Positions 54,533 through 63,659 of a DNA stretch of 64,000 nucleotides are shown here, in pieces. Both the position numbers and the translations under genes were made by a program. Each line of letters starts with the position of its first letter. The stretch's first letter is position 1. The notes below the pieces were generated by a model. The model was not told where the DNA came from. It worked only from the letters and a program-made list of their open reading frames with translations, and searched no databases. The DNA comes from a virus (Duplodnaviria; Caudoviricetes): IMG/VR virus record IMGVR_UViG_2903468256_000002, positions 16,676 to 80,675 of that record. One strand, 5' to 3'.

Positions 54533-57243
54533 GCGGCTTCCTTGATGAGTTTGCGTTTCTGGAACATCAGGTAGTCGACGACGGCCAAGACCTGGTCGTC
54601 GTTCAGGCGGTTGCCCTCGGTGTCCTCGGGCAGGACGCCGGGGAGCTTCGGCGCCTCGTAGAGCTCGATCTGGCCGCCCGGTGCCTTCTTCGCGTCGTAG
54701 GGCTCGAAGGTGACACCCAGGGCCGGTGAGCTGTCGAGCTTGCAGGCCTTGAAGATGTCCGGGTGGTTGTTCATGCACTCGCCGAGCATCTGGATGCCGT
54801 CGAGCACATGCTTGTGGTGGATCGAGAACACGAGCTCGTCGTGGATCGGGACCATGAGCCGCATGATGCGGAAGTCCCAACCCATCTCCTTCATCCTCGC
54901 CATGACGCGAAGCGCAGTGCGCTTGGCGATCGTGGCGCAGGTGCCCTGGACGACCGAGTTGACACCCTGGTTATGGGCTCGCTTCTGGATCTTCTTCGCG
55001 ATCCAGTGGACGAGCGCGTTGTAGCTCGCCAGCTCGGCGCCGTTGCCCATGTCGAACTTCTGCTTGAACGACATCATCCACTGGTTGGTGGCCTCCCACC
55101 GAACACGGCGGTGGCTGTCCGGCAGGTGGACGACGCCTTCACGGGCGATCTGTTCGATCAAACCGGTGCGCCATCCCTCGGCGACCGAGAAGCGATCCCG
55201 ATAACGCTCGGTAGCCATCTTGGTCTTTTCCTGGGACCAGCCCATCCGCTCACCGATGGTCGCCAGCCAGCCCGAGAACCAGTAGTTGAAGTTCGAGTTC
55301 TTGCCGGCCTCAGTACGCCAGTATTTGTAGGCCTTCGCCGGCTCGAGCGGCTCACCCTTGAGGTTGGTGAACATCCGATCGTGGTTAGTGAAGGTGTGGC
55401 CGAACTGCTCCAGGAACTCGTCCACGTTGCTGAACTTGGCCAGCGCCTTGAAGACGCCCTCGGTCAGACCTTCGCAGTCGGCCGCCAACACCGCAGTCGC
55501 CGAGCCCAGATGCAGATCCTTGTGCGGGACCTGGCAGTAGGCGTCGATGAACACCGGGTCTTGGCTCAACTCGCCGATGATGACGAGCTCGACGGCCGAC
55601 CAGTCGCGGGAGAGGACGAGGTGGTTCTCGTTGTCGCCCTCGAAGAAGCCGCGGACGTAGGTGCTCTCGCCACGCTTGGCGAGCTGCATTGCGTTCGGGT
55701 CTTCACAGGCCATGCGCCGGGATGCCAGCATGGAGGTGACGGTCGGATACATCCGGCCGGTCTCCGGGTCGGTGAGCTGGCTGTAGGGCGTCAGGTAGAG
55801 CTTCATGCGCTGCTCGATGCTGGCGAGCTCACCCATCGACACGAGGAGGTTCTTGGCCATCTCGTGGCCGTCCTCCTTGAACCGGTCGATCAGCTTACCG
55901 CGCGCCTCGGCGTCGGACTGCGTCTTGTTCTGGCTGACGATCACCTTGGTGCCGGTCAGGTCATAGAAGATCGTCCGCATGGGCATGTAGTGCGAGAGGT
56001 TGACCCCCTTCGGTTCAGGGTAGCCCCGCTCGGACGCCCAGGCATTCGACACGGCGCCGCGAACCTGCAAGCACTGCTTGAAGGCGTCTGCCTCGTCCGG
56101 CAGCTTGGACCAGTCCTCGACCTGCTTGCGATATTTGTCGGCGCTCTTCTGATACCAGCTGTCCCGCTTCTCCAGCCCGGGGTGGCGCTCTTCGGGGAAC
56201 GGCAGCAGTGCTTTCACGCTCGTCTTGGTCCGGCGAAGGACCTCGGCGGTGTTCTCCCGTTCCTCGGCTCGGCGAGCCAGAATGTTGTCGAAGTTGACCT
56301 TCATGCCCACCTGGCGCATCTGCGCGAAGAGGTGGACCATCGGGTTTTCCTGGTTGAAGAACGTCTGGGTGACGTCGCGGTTGGTGTCGACCATGTACTG
56401 GAGCAGTCGACGGAAGAGGCGCAGTGCCCAGTAGGCGTCGTCGGCGCCGTAGTCGGCGACCTCTTCGCCGGTGAGCTCACCCATGTGAGCCTTGTCGCCC
56501 AACACCTGCTCGAAGGTCGTCATGTTGTGGCCGAACCACGATTTGACTGCCTTCTTCAGGCCGTAGCCGTAGGCCAGATCGTTGACGTAACCGTTGTAGC
56601 TGTGCGCCGCCTTCGACTGCTTGCCGATGATCGAATAGACGATCTCGGCCAGGCGGCTGTCGTTGAAGTCTCCCTTCTCGACGTCGAAGCCACCCTGCGA
56701 GCAGAGTTGCATCATCTGCGGGATCAGGGGAGCGAAGGCGCCGCGGCCGGCGTAGCGGAAATTGTTGATGTCATATTCGTCGGGACCGTAGGCCGACACA
56801 CACATCTGCAGAGTGCAGATGATCTCCGGCAGGTCGAAGTCGAAACAAGACTTGAATGCGCTCAACTCGTAGGGCGCGTTGTGCGCGATCCAGAACGCAT
56901 CGGCCGCCTTGGCGTCGAGCACGGCCTTGGCAGCTTCCCACGGGATGCGGTTCTCCACGTCGGCGTGCGCCAGGTTCAGGTAGTAGGCCGTGTCGGATGT
57001 CTCGGGATAGATCGAGAAGCCGGTCATGACCGTCCGGCGCATGTCGAACACCAGCTTCTTGGCCTTGGACTTTTTCCGGCTCGCCGGATCGACGCTCATG
57101 AACTGGTTCAGGCCGTCGTGGCGCGCATCGTCCTGCGTTTCGCAGTCCAGGCCGTTGAAGGGGTTAGCCTTCACCTGGGTGACGATGTGGGGGATCAACT
57201 GGTCGACGTTGCGGGCGTCGACCAGCACGGTCTTGATCGTCAT
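54529..57243 (-). CDS. DNA polymerase, family A, with 3-prime-5-prime exonuclease
   Basis: GLDCET exo I, AHNAPYE, YGADDA; motif A RDWSAVEL, motif B GKNSNFNYWF, motif C PIHDEL; start reassigned to MTIKTV. Confidence 0.93.
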   Translation of the reverse strand: MTIKTVLVDARNVDQLIPHIVTQVKANPFNGLDCETQDDARHDGLNQFMSVDPASRKKSKAKKLVFDMRRTVMTGFSIYPETSDTAYYLNLAHADVENRIPWEAAKAVLDAKAADAFWIAHNAPYELSAFKSCFDFDLPEIICTLQMCVSAYGPDEYDINNFRYAGRGAFAPLIPQMMQLCSQGGFDVEKGDFNDSRLAEIVYSIIGKQSKAAHSYNGYVNDLAYGYGLKKAVKSWFGHNMTTFEQVLGDKAHMGELTGEEVADYGADDAYWALRLFRRLLQYMVDTNRDVTQTFFNQENPMVHLFAQMRQVGMKVNFDNILARRAEERENTAEVLRRTKTSVKALLPFPEERHPGLEKRDSWYQKSADKYRKQVEDWSKLPDEADAFKQCLQVRGAVSNAWASERGYPEPKGVNLSHYMPMRTIFYDLTGTKVIVSQNKTQSDAEARGKLIDRFKEDGHEMAKNLLVSMGELASIEQRMKLYLTPYSQLTDPETGRMYPTVTSMLASRRMACEDPNAMQLAKRGESTYVRGFFEGDNENHLVLSRDWSAVELVIIGELSQDPVFIDAYCQVPHKDLHLGSATAVLAADCEGLTEGVFKALAKFSNVDEFLEQFGHTFTNHDRMFTNLKGEPLEPAKAYKYWRTEAGKNSNFNYWFSGWLATIGERMGWSQEKTKMATERYRDRFSVAEGWRTGLIEQIAREGVVHLPDSHRRVRWEATNQWMMSFKQKFDMGNGAELASYNALVHWIAKKIQKRAHNQGVNSVVQGTCATIAKRTALRVMARMKEMGWDFRIMRLMVPIHDELVFSIHHKHVLDGIQMLGECMNNHPDIFKACKLDSSPALGVTFEPYDAKKAPGGQIELYEAPKLPGVLPEDTEGNRLNDDQVLAVVDYLMFQKRKLIKEAA

Positions 57244-58010
57244 TGCATGAACTCCTTCAGTGAGGCATCGGCCTTCGCGTAGTCGGGCTGACCGATCATC
57301 GTGTGCTCGGTGACGAGCTCCTCCGGGACGTCGAGGAAACCGACGATGTCCCAGTAGATTTTCAGCTGCTCGGGGTTCTGCTCGATCCAGGCGAGCATCT
57401 TCGGCTGGAGCTTCACGCCGGCTTGCCAGCCATCCTGGCCGGCGAAGATCTTGTCGGTGGCGCGCTGGAGGCGATCGGGGCCGTTCTCCAACCAGAGGCT
57501 CTCGCCGAAGCGCGGGACGCCGGGGATCTTGTCCGACGAGTCCCCGCACCAGGTCTTGAAAAGCCGGGTGTGTTTGGGCGCGACACCCTTGATCGGGTTG
57601 GCACCACACACAACGTTCTTCGGGAATTCCCCGACGAGCTGCCACATGTCCTTGTCGTTGGAGTAGATCGCAACGAGGTGGCCCCTGGCGGCGTAGCGGC
57701 GGGCGAGGAGGGCCAGCACGTCGTCGGCCTCGTAGCCGGGGACCTTGATCTGAACCGCCTTCGAGTGCTCCAGGGCTTTTTGGGTGAGGTGGAAGCCGTT
57801 GTAGATGCCGGAGTCCGGTGCCTTACGGCCGACCTTGTATCCCGGAAAAATATCGCGGCGGGTCTGGCTTCCCTTTGGACCGTCCCAAACACAGATCACT
57901 GGGTCGGGACAGGCGAACACGTCCTGCATGAAGTTGCGTGGCGCCAAGCCGGAGACGTCAGTCTCCAGCTCGACGCGCAGGTACGAGTTCATGTCGTACA
58001 GGCGGATCAC
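57240..58010 (-). CDS. 5-prime-3-prime exonuclease / flap endonuclease
   Basis: LYD.N, WDG...RR.IFPGYK..R, GYEADD, SNDKD, GDSSDKIPGV. Confidence 0.9.
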   Translation of the reverse strand: MIRLYDMNSYLRVELETDVSGLAPRNFMQDVFACPDPVICVWDGPKGSQTRRDIFPGYKVGRKAPDSGIYNGFHLTQKALEHSKAVQIKVPGYEADDVLALLARRYAARGHLVAIYSNDKDMWQLVGEFPKNVVCGANPIKGVAPKHTRLFKTWCGDSSDKIPGVPRFGESLWLENGPDRLQRATDKIFAGQDGWQAGVKLQPKMLAWIEQNPEQLKIYWDIVGFLDVPEELVTEHTMIGQPDYAKADASLKEFMQ

Positions 58011-58243
58011 CCGAAGAACTCCAGGTGACCCTTGGTGAGGTTGATATCCATGCCGGGGGCGTGGAGCACGCCGGCATGGATCGTGCCGATCTGCAAATCG
58101 CGTAGCAACACCGTCTTGACGGAGGTGTCGTCGGCGGCGCTCGAAACCAGGGGCTTAGCCGCCGGTTTGGCGACGGATGCCGCCGCCGCCGGCAAGACGG
58201 CGGCGAGCCCCAACGCCTTGAGGAAGGAACGGCGCTCCATCAC
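58007..58243 (-). CDS. Small protein with twin-arginine (Tat) signal
   Basis: [24 protein letters not shown]. Confidence 0.65.
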   Translation of the reverse strand: MMERRSFLKALGLAAVLPAAAASVAKPAAKPLVSSAADDTSVKTVLLRDLQIGTIHAGVLHAPGMDINLTKGHLEFFG

Positions 58244-58509
58244 TCGGCCTCGGCCGTCGCCATGCCGAGCGCTTCCTCGTACAGTTCGAGGATGCTGTCC
58301 TCTTCTTGGCGCTCCGCCGCGTCGAGCTTGCGACGGGCGATGATCTTGCGCATCGCCTTGGTGTCGAAGCCGGTGCCCTTGGCCTCGGCGAAGACTTCCT
58401 TGATGTCGTCGCTGATCGTGGATTTCTCTTCCTCGAGCCGCTCGATGCGTTCGATGAAAGCACGCAGTTGTCCAGCAGCCACGACTTGGCTGTTTTCATT
58501 CTCGTCCAT
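58240..58509 (-). CDS. gapR: GapR (DUF2312/UPF0335) nucleoid-associated protein homolog
   Basis: [56 protein letters not shown]. Confidence 0.93.
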   Translation of the reverse strand: MDENENSQVVAAGQLRAFIERIERLEEEKSTISDDIKEVFAEAKGTGFDTKAMRKIIARRKLDAAERQEEDSILELYEEALGMATAEAE

Positions 58510-58531
58510 GATGTTCTCCGGGAGTTGAAAC

Positions 58532-58562
58532 AAAAAATCGGGCGGGAGTTACCCCGCCCGAT
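58532..58562 (-). terminator. Terminator upstream of gapR
   Basis: ATCGGGCGGG/CCCGCCCGAT stem with TTTTT tail on the minus strand. Confidence 0.75.
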
Positions 58563-58609
58563 CACTAAGCCGGGGAGCTTGGATCAGAGGCCGACCCCGG
58601 CTGGAGGGG

Positions 58610-59281
58610 TCAGCCCACGACCTTGTAGTCGCGGAAGTCGAGGATGCCCCAGGTGTTGCCGTTGGAAGCCTGCTCCAAGTAGCCCACCGTGACCTCGATC
58701 GTGTCGCCGGCCGGGTCAGCACCGTCCTTGGTCATCTGCTTCACGAGCTTCGCAAAGCTCTTGAAGCCGGTCGTCGAGAACGAGTGACCGAGGATGGTGC
58801 CGGCCGAAACCGTCTCGTCCTTCAGCTTGATGTCGTCCAGGATTTCCATCTGGATGTCAGCGGACTTGTACGGGCGGGCCTTCGGGTCCACCGCACGGGC
58901 TTCCGACAGGGCCCGGGCCCAGGTCGCGCCGTCCGTGGTCATCACGCGGTCGTAGGTCTTCCGGTAGGTGGCCGGGTTGCCGTACTTGACCGACTCGCTG
59001 TAGCCGACGTCGGACAGGTCGATCCGCGCCCTGAACTCTTCCAGAAGCGGCTTCTTGGCGCCGATCTGCAGGCCGTGTTCGTTCACCTTCAGCCATTCAT
59101 CGACCACGACGGCACCCGCCATTGCGTCGTCCAGTCCCATCGGGCGTCCGGCAGTGGCGACAGCACCCTGGTTCTGCGAAGCGGCAGCGACGGCGGTGCC
59201 GACGTTGTTGTTCGCATTTTCCTGGGGGATGTTGGCGGCGGCGGCGGTGGCCTGGCTGATGGCAGCGTCGATATTGTTCAT
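58610..59281 (-). CDS. Highly expressed replication-cluster protein (possible SSB/recombination factor)
   Basis: Strong codon bias, own terminators, aromatic-rich beta core; function inferred from context only. Confidence 0.45.
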   Translation of the reverse strand: MNNIDAAISQATAAAANIPQENANNNVGTAVAAASQNQGAVATAGRPMGLDDAMAGAVVVDEWLKVNEHGLQIGAKKPLLEEFRARIDLSDVGYSESVKYGNPATYRKTYDRVMTTDGATWARALSEARAVDPKARPYKSADIQMEILDDIKLKDETVSAGTILGHSFSTTGFKSFAKLVKQMTKDGADPAGDTIEVTVGYLEQASNGNTWGILDFRDYKVVG

Positions 59282-59340
59282 TCACAGTTTCCTTCGTTTT
59301 GCGTTTTCATCACCGCGGCGTGCGGTAGGCTTGAAATAAG

Positions 59341-59370
59341 AAAGGCCCGCCGAATTGCGACGGGCCTTTT
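59341..59370. terminator. Terminator after helicase
   Basis: AAAGGCCCG/CGGGCCTTT stem with T-rich tails on both strands. Confidence 0.7.
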
Positions 59371-59378
59371 GTTCTTGT

Positions 59379-59389
59379 CCTAGAGTACC
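59379..59389 (+). promoter_or_regulatory. Motif A site (CCTAGAGTACC), antisense to helicase
   Basis: CTTGTCCTAGAGTACC. Confidence 0.5.
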
Positions 59390-59398
59390 GCGTTCTTT

Positions 59399-61024
59399 TT
59401 ATGCGGCCTCTTTCAGCTCTTGTTCTCCTTCTATGTTGTGCTCGTAGAGCTTCAGCACCTCGTGCGTCGGGTCCACCTTGTGAGCGTCCAAGCTCTTCTG
59501 GTAGATGATGAACGTGATGCGGTTATCTAGGCTGTCCTCGTAGAGCAGGACCGTGATGCGCAGCGGAGAGCCACGCTTGCCACGGATCGCCCGCCGGTAG
59601 GCTTGCAGAACCGTCGTGTCGAGGAAGTCCAGCGAGGCGAAGATCATGTGATCGACCTCCTGGTCACCGCAGAACTGCCAGTTGAAGCCCACGTCGGCCA
59701 CGGCCGGCGAGGCGATGATGCAGTTCAGGCGGCCCTCACGGAACGCCAAGTCGATTTCGCCTCGTTGCTTAGGCGAGACGTCACCATTCAGGATGTCAGC
59801 CTTCAGCCCGTAGGCACGGGCCATTTCCAGGATCCGGTACTGCTGGGGCTTGAGCGCGGCGTAGACGATCAGCGGCTTGCCGGTGCGGGCGTGGTCCTCG
59901 AAGTGGATGTCGAGGCGTTCCTCCTTTCCGCAGCGGGAGCCCTTCATGATGTCGATGGTGTTCCCGCTCTCCGGGTCGGACAGATCCGGGAACACGTTCG
60001 GATGCTCCATGATCTGGCGAGCGCGGATGAAGCCCACACCTGGCTGGGTGCCGTCGAGGTAGAACTTTTCCAACTCGACGAAGGCTTCGTCCTTGAACTT
60101 GTTGTAGATCTCGCGCTGCTTCTCGGACATCTCCACCCACTCGGGGATGATGACCTTGGCCTCCTTGCCGTAAACCATCTCGAAGGTCCGGCGGATGCCG
60201 TGCTTGCCGAAGATGGCCGACAGCTTCTCGTGGTTGCGCCACGCCTTGAGCTTCCCGGTGATCGGGTCCTCGATCGAGTGGTAGTAGTAGAAACCCTTGT
60301 AGGAGGGGTAGTAGCGCGGCTCGATCACGCGGATCGCGGGGTAGGCGCTGTCCAGGCGGCCGGAGACCAGCGTGCCCGTCATCCCGCCGAAATACTCCAT
60401 CGGACCCCTGAAGAAGGAGTCGTAAAAGCCCTGCGTGCGCTGCGAAGCATCGCCCTTGTAGCCCTTGTGGATCTCGTCGACCTGGACCGCCTTGACGAAC
60501 CGCGGCAGTGCTTCCCAGTGGGTCGAGAAGGCATCGAACCCCATCAGGAACACCTTGGTGTTGCCGGGGTTGGCGAGCTCGTACGGCAGCTTGGTCCTGG
60601 CCGTGAGCATCCGCCGGTCGATGGTCATGTCCTTGCGGGCCACGCCGGCGGTAAGGAGTGCCTTGAAGGTGACCTTCTGCGAGCCGAACAGCTCGTACTT
60701 GCGTCGGGTGTGGTCCCACTCGAGCAACGTCTCTGCGAGCTTCTGTTGGGCGGGTGACAGCGGCCGAAGGCCCGTGACGATCGTCACTTCATCGGGTTTG
60801 AAATTCGTGAAGCGGAGGATCTCGTCCCGGTTCTTCTTGAGCAGGGAAAGGGGCATGACGAACGCAGAACCGACGCCATGCTCCTTCCACAGCCACCACT
60901 GATATACGCACACCGAAGGGGTCTTACCCGTGCCCGGGTCGGACAGGTTCAGCCACTTCGGGTTGCGGATATAGTAGGCGAGGTCGGCGATCTGGTAATC
61001 GCGGAGCGAGACGCCGTCATCCAT
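59399..61024 (-). CDS. SF2 (SNF2-like) DNA helicase
   Basis: LRDYQ, DPGTGKT, DEIH, MTGT, GFNWQ, QAYRRAIR. Confidence 0.9.
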   Translation of the reverse strand: MDDGVSLRDYQIADLAYYIRNPKWLNLSDPGTGKTPSVCVYQWWLWKEHGVGSAFVMPLSLLKKNRDEILRFTNFKPDEVTIVTGLRPLSPAQQKLAETLLEWDHTRRKYELFGSQKVTFKALLTAGVARKDMTIDRRMLTARTKLPYELANPGNTKVFLMGFDAFSTHWEALPRFVKAVQVDEIHKGYKGDASQRTQGFYDSFFRGPMEYFGGMTGTLVSGRLDSAYPAIRVIEPRYYPSYKGFYYYHSIEDPITGKLKAWRNHEKLSAIFGKHGIRRTFEMVYGKEAKVIIPEWVEMSEKQREIYNKFKDEAFVELEKFYLDGTQPGVGFIRARQIMEHPNVFPDLSDPESGNTIDIMKGSRCGKEERLDIHFEDHARTGKPLIVYAALKPQQYRILEMARAYGLKADILNGDVSPKQRGEIDLAFREGRLNCIIASPAVADVGFNWQFCGDQEVDHMIFASLDFLDTTVLQAYRRAIRGKRGSPLRITVLLYEDSLDNRITFIIYQKSLDAHKVDPTHEVLKLYEHNIEGEQELKEAA

Positions 61025-61466
61025 CGGTCACCTCGTGCAAAGCCTCCAGAGCCGCGGCCATGCGAGACATCGCGGTGCGCGCCGCCTGGACTGCGAAGCC
61101 CAAAGCGTCTTCAGGGTTCTCAGCGGCTTCGATGATCTGGATGACATGGTCGGCGATCACGACACCTGGCTGGATCCATGCCGAATACGAGCGGACGGGA
61201 TAGCCGGCTTGGGGGTCGAACGGCGCGTTGCGGTCCTCGTTGACGTGGATCGTCACGTGGCCTTTTTCCACCGTGTAGTGCCAGCCAAGGTTCTCCCAGA
61301 TCTTGACCTGCCAGCCGTCGCCCATCCGGGCGGCAAGAGCCTCGGCGTTGCGCTTGGCCGCCACATACCATTCATGGCGACAGAACTTGCCACCACCACA
61401 CCGGGGCGAGCAGTAGAAGGGGCCGTTTCGTACGGGCACCCAGGCTTTGTCGTTGGTGCTACCCAT
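61017..61466 (-). CDS. Hypothetical protein
   Basis: YCSPRCGGG; WENLGWHY. Confidence 0.6.
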   Translation of the reverse strand: MGSTNDKAWVPVRNGPFYCSPRCGGGKFCRHEWYVAAKRNAEALAARMGDGWQVKIWENLGWHYTVEKGHVTIHVNEDRNAPFDPQAGYPVRSYSAWIQPGVVIADHVIQIIEAAENPEDALGFAVQAARTAMSRMAAALEALHEVTDG

Positions 61467-61821
61467 TGAAGAATTTCTCCGCTGCTGTGAGCACAGCCAC
61501 GGCGTGCTCAAGATAGATTTTCAGGTGCTGGACTTGCCGGCGCTTGCGGATCAGGAAGGACTCGCGGGCGAGCTCGATGGTCGGGTAGGCCCAGCGCTTG
61601 TTGGCGTCCTTCAGGACGAACCGTTCCCGGCTCCAGTCGTCCAGCCAAACGCCCTTCGGCGTCTCGCGGAGCACCCGGAACCGGCGCAGGTGGATGGAGG
61701 GCGTGGACGACGAGCTGTCCTCATAGCGATACCATCCATCCTCGACCAAGCCGGGGCTCTCGTAGAGTTGGATTTCGTCGGCGTTCTTGACTGCCTGCTC
61801 GAAGAAGAGGAGGTCAGCCAT
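61459..61821 (-). CDS. Conserved phage hypothetical protein
   Basis: FRVLRETPKGVWLD...RFVLKDANKRWAYPTIELARESF. Confidence 0.7.
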   Translation of the reverse strand: MADLLFFEQAVKNADEIQLYESPGLVEDGWYRYEDSSSSTPSIHLRRFRVLRETPKGVWLDDWSRERFVLKDANKRWAYPTIELARESFLIRKRRQVQHLKIYLEHAVAVLTAAEKFFNG

Positions 61822-62095
61822 ACTTCTTGTCGAGCTCCATGAGCTGTTTGGCGGCGAAATCTTTGAACTCCCAGATGATGTCCTTCATCCGGCTCTGGCT
61901 GAGTTCGCCCAACAACTCCATGAGCTCTTTGTAGCCGGTGCAGCATGACGCTATGTGCCCACTGAAGACCGGCTTGATGTCGTTGCCCTTCTCGTGTTCG
62001 TCCAGCCAATGGAGTGCCTTGTGGAGCTGCTCGTAGCGGGCAGAGGCCTTGGAGATGGCTTCAGCCTTGTGGCTGAACTCCCGAATGGTCATCAT
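61814..62095 (-). CDS. Hypothetical protein
   Basis: Start MMTIREF; coupled overlap. Confidence 0.55.
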   Translation of the reverse strand: MMTIREFSHKAEAISKASARYEQLHKALHWLDEHEKGNDIKPVFSGHIASCCTGYKELMELLGELSQSRMKDIIWEFKDFAAKQLMELDKKYG

Positions 62096-62096
62096 G

Positions 62097-62411
62097 TCAG
62101 TACCCTCGTGCAGGATTGTCGCAGTAGCCCGTGCGATCGCGGTGCTCGTGGAAGCGGTACCAGCCGTCACGGCTGGCGTTTCGGACGCGCCGGAGCTGGC
62201 CTTCGAAGCTCTCCAGCTTGCCGGGGATCTCGATGCCCTCGGCGCGCAGATAGGCCCAGCCCTTGTCGGTGAGTATCGGCGCCATGCCCCGGGTGACGTA
62301 GCCGGAGCCCTGCAGATAGCCGAGTGAGGCGCCGACAGCGGCGCCCCATCCGTCGATCGCGTCAGGGTCGCCTGCGATGGACCGCAGGACTTTCAGGTCG
62401 TGGTCGATCAT
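62097..62411 (-). CDS. Winged-helix-like hypothetical protein
   Basis: LGYLQGSGYV.....LTDKGWAYL. Confidence 0.55.
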   Translation of the reverse strand: MIDHDLKVLRSIAGDPDAIDGWGAAVGASLGYLQGSGYVTRGMAPILTDKGWAYLRAEGIEIPGKLESFEGQLRRVRNASRDGWYRFHEHRDRTGYCDNPARGY

Positions 62412-62677
62412 GAGTTGATCCCCAGGGTGTTTTGGATTTCACGGAGCTTGGCGCGCTGGCCGAGTTCGTAGGCCTGGCGCAAAAGGGAGACGAGACTCTG
62501 GATCTGGTACTCAGAGTTGGGGTCTCGCTTGAAACGCTGCTCGCCGTAGGGGGAGTAGGTGCTCAGTGGCCCTACCACGCACTCGTCCCAGTCCTCGTCC
62601 TTGGAGGAGGAACTGAGAAAACCATCTCCGTTCCTCTTCCAGTACCTGATCCGGCAGAAGCGATGGTGATCGCTCAT
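62408..62677 (-). CDS. Hypothetical protein
   Basis: 89 aa, coupled overlaps. Confidence 0.6.
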   Translation of the reverse strand: MSDHHRFCRIRYWKRNGDGFLSSSSKDEDWDECVVGPLSTYSPYGEQRFKRDPNSEYQIQSLVSLLRQAYELGQRAKLREIQNTLGINS

Positions 62678-63054
62678 GCCACCAACGTGTCCAGCTCGTT
62701 GACCAGCTGCCTGACGGTCGGGTCGACCGCGGCGAGCTGCTTGAAGAACTGGAGCTTCGAGTACTCCTTGGCGCGTTTGTCGAGCGCGGCCTCGATCTCG
62801 GCGATGCGCTGCTCGCGCTGGGCCGCCGCCTTGTAATCGGTGTCGTCGACCACCTGGATGACGCGCTTGGTCGCCTTGACCGAGCCGTTCGGGAGGATGT
62901 CGACGACCTTGACGCAGGTGTAGCCGCCATACGGGCTGTCGACGATGACGTGGTCGTTCACGGCGACTGGGTACGGGCAGAAATAGTGGTACTTCTTCGA
63001 GCGATTGTACTCGGAGGTGTGGAAGACGGCGGCGATGACGTTTGACTGTTTCAT
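62674..63054 (-). CDS. Hypothetical protein (beta domain plus coiled coil)
   Basis: Start MKQSNV; YHYF...VNDHVIVDSPYG. Confidence 0.7.
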   Translation of the reverse strand: MKQSNVIAAVFHTSEYNRSKKYHYFCPYPVAVNDHVIVDSPYGGYTCVKVVDILPNGSVKATKRVIQVVDDTDYKAAAQREQRIAEIEAALDKRAKEYSKLQFFKQLAAVDPTVRQLVNELDTLVA

Positions 63055-63056
63055 GT

Positions 63057-63659
63057 TCAGTGTCCTTTTGAAAGCATGTGCTGTTTGAGCAAATGGGCGC
63101 CGTACGCCTCCCAAGGTAGGGACACGAGGTCGGCGATATTCACTTGCCCTAGAGTACTGATTGTTCGTCTCGCCTCCGGCCGGAGGACGAGGGTGGGTTC
63201 GCCCTGCAAGACAAGCCGGCGGGGCAGGTAAGGAGCGGCCTCCAGGACCTGATCAACGAACCGCTTGTCCTTGGCCCGCACGCCGGTCAGGACGAGAGGC
63301 TGGACATTGGTGTATCCGAGGGATCTGATGATCTTGTCGGGTCGAAAGCTCCAGAACGGAGCGATCGGGAGCCGCGTTGGGCCCGACATCCTGGCGAGTG
63401 TCGCGAGGACGATGGAGAGGTCTTGTTGCGAGGTGAACACCGCCTGGTCCCCCATGTTTTGGGGAACGGGTGACATGGCGTCTACCAGCGGGTCGGCGGG
63501 AAAGCGGGAGGGATCGACTTCAGCTCTGAGATCGATGCGATGATCGCAGGGGTTCTTGCTCGGCTCGAACGGACTTGGGATCTCAAAATTGAAGGCGGTT
63601 GTTATCCTCTCGCCTTGCAGGAGAAAGGCGATGTCGCCCTCCCAGTGTATGCCGTTCAC
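63057..63659 (-). CDS. Hypothetical protein
   Basis: 200 aa, GTG start overlapping the upstream stop. Confidence 0.6.
   Translation of the reverse strand: MNGIHWEGDIAFLLQGERITTAFNFEIPSPFEPSKNPCDHRIDLRAEVDPSRFPADPLVDAMSPVPQNMGDQAVFTSQQDLSIVLATLARMSGPTRLPIAPFWSFRPDKIIRSLGYTNVQPLVLTGVRAKDKRFVDQVLEAAPYLPRRLVLQGEPTLVLRPEARRTISTLGQVNIADLVSLPWEAYGAHLLKQHMLSKGH
63148..63158 (+). promoter_or_regulatory. Motif A site (CCTAGAGTACT), antisense within CDS
   Basis: CTTGCCCTAGAGTACT; on the coding strand it is spelled with atypical codons AGT ACT CTA. Confidence 0.4.
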
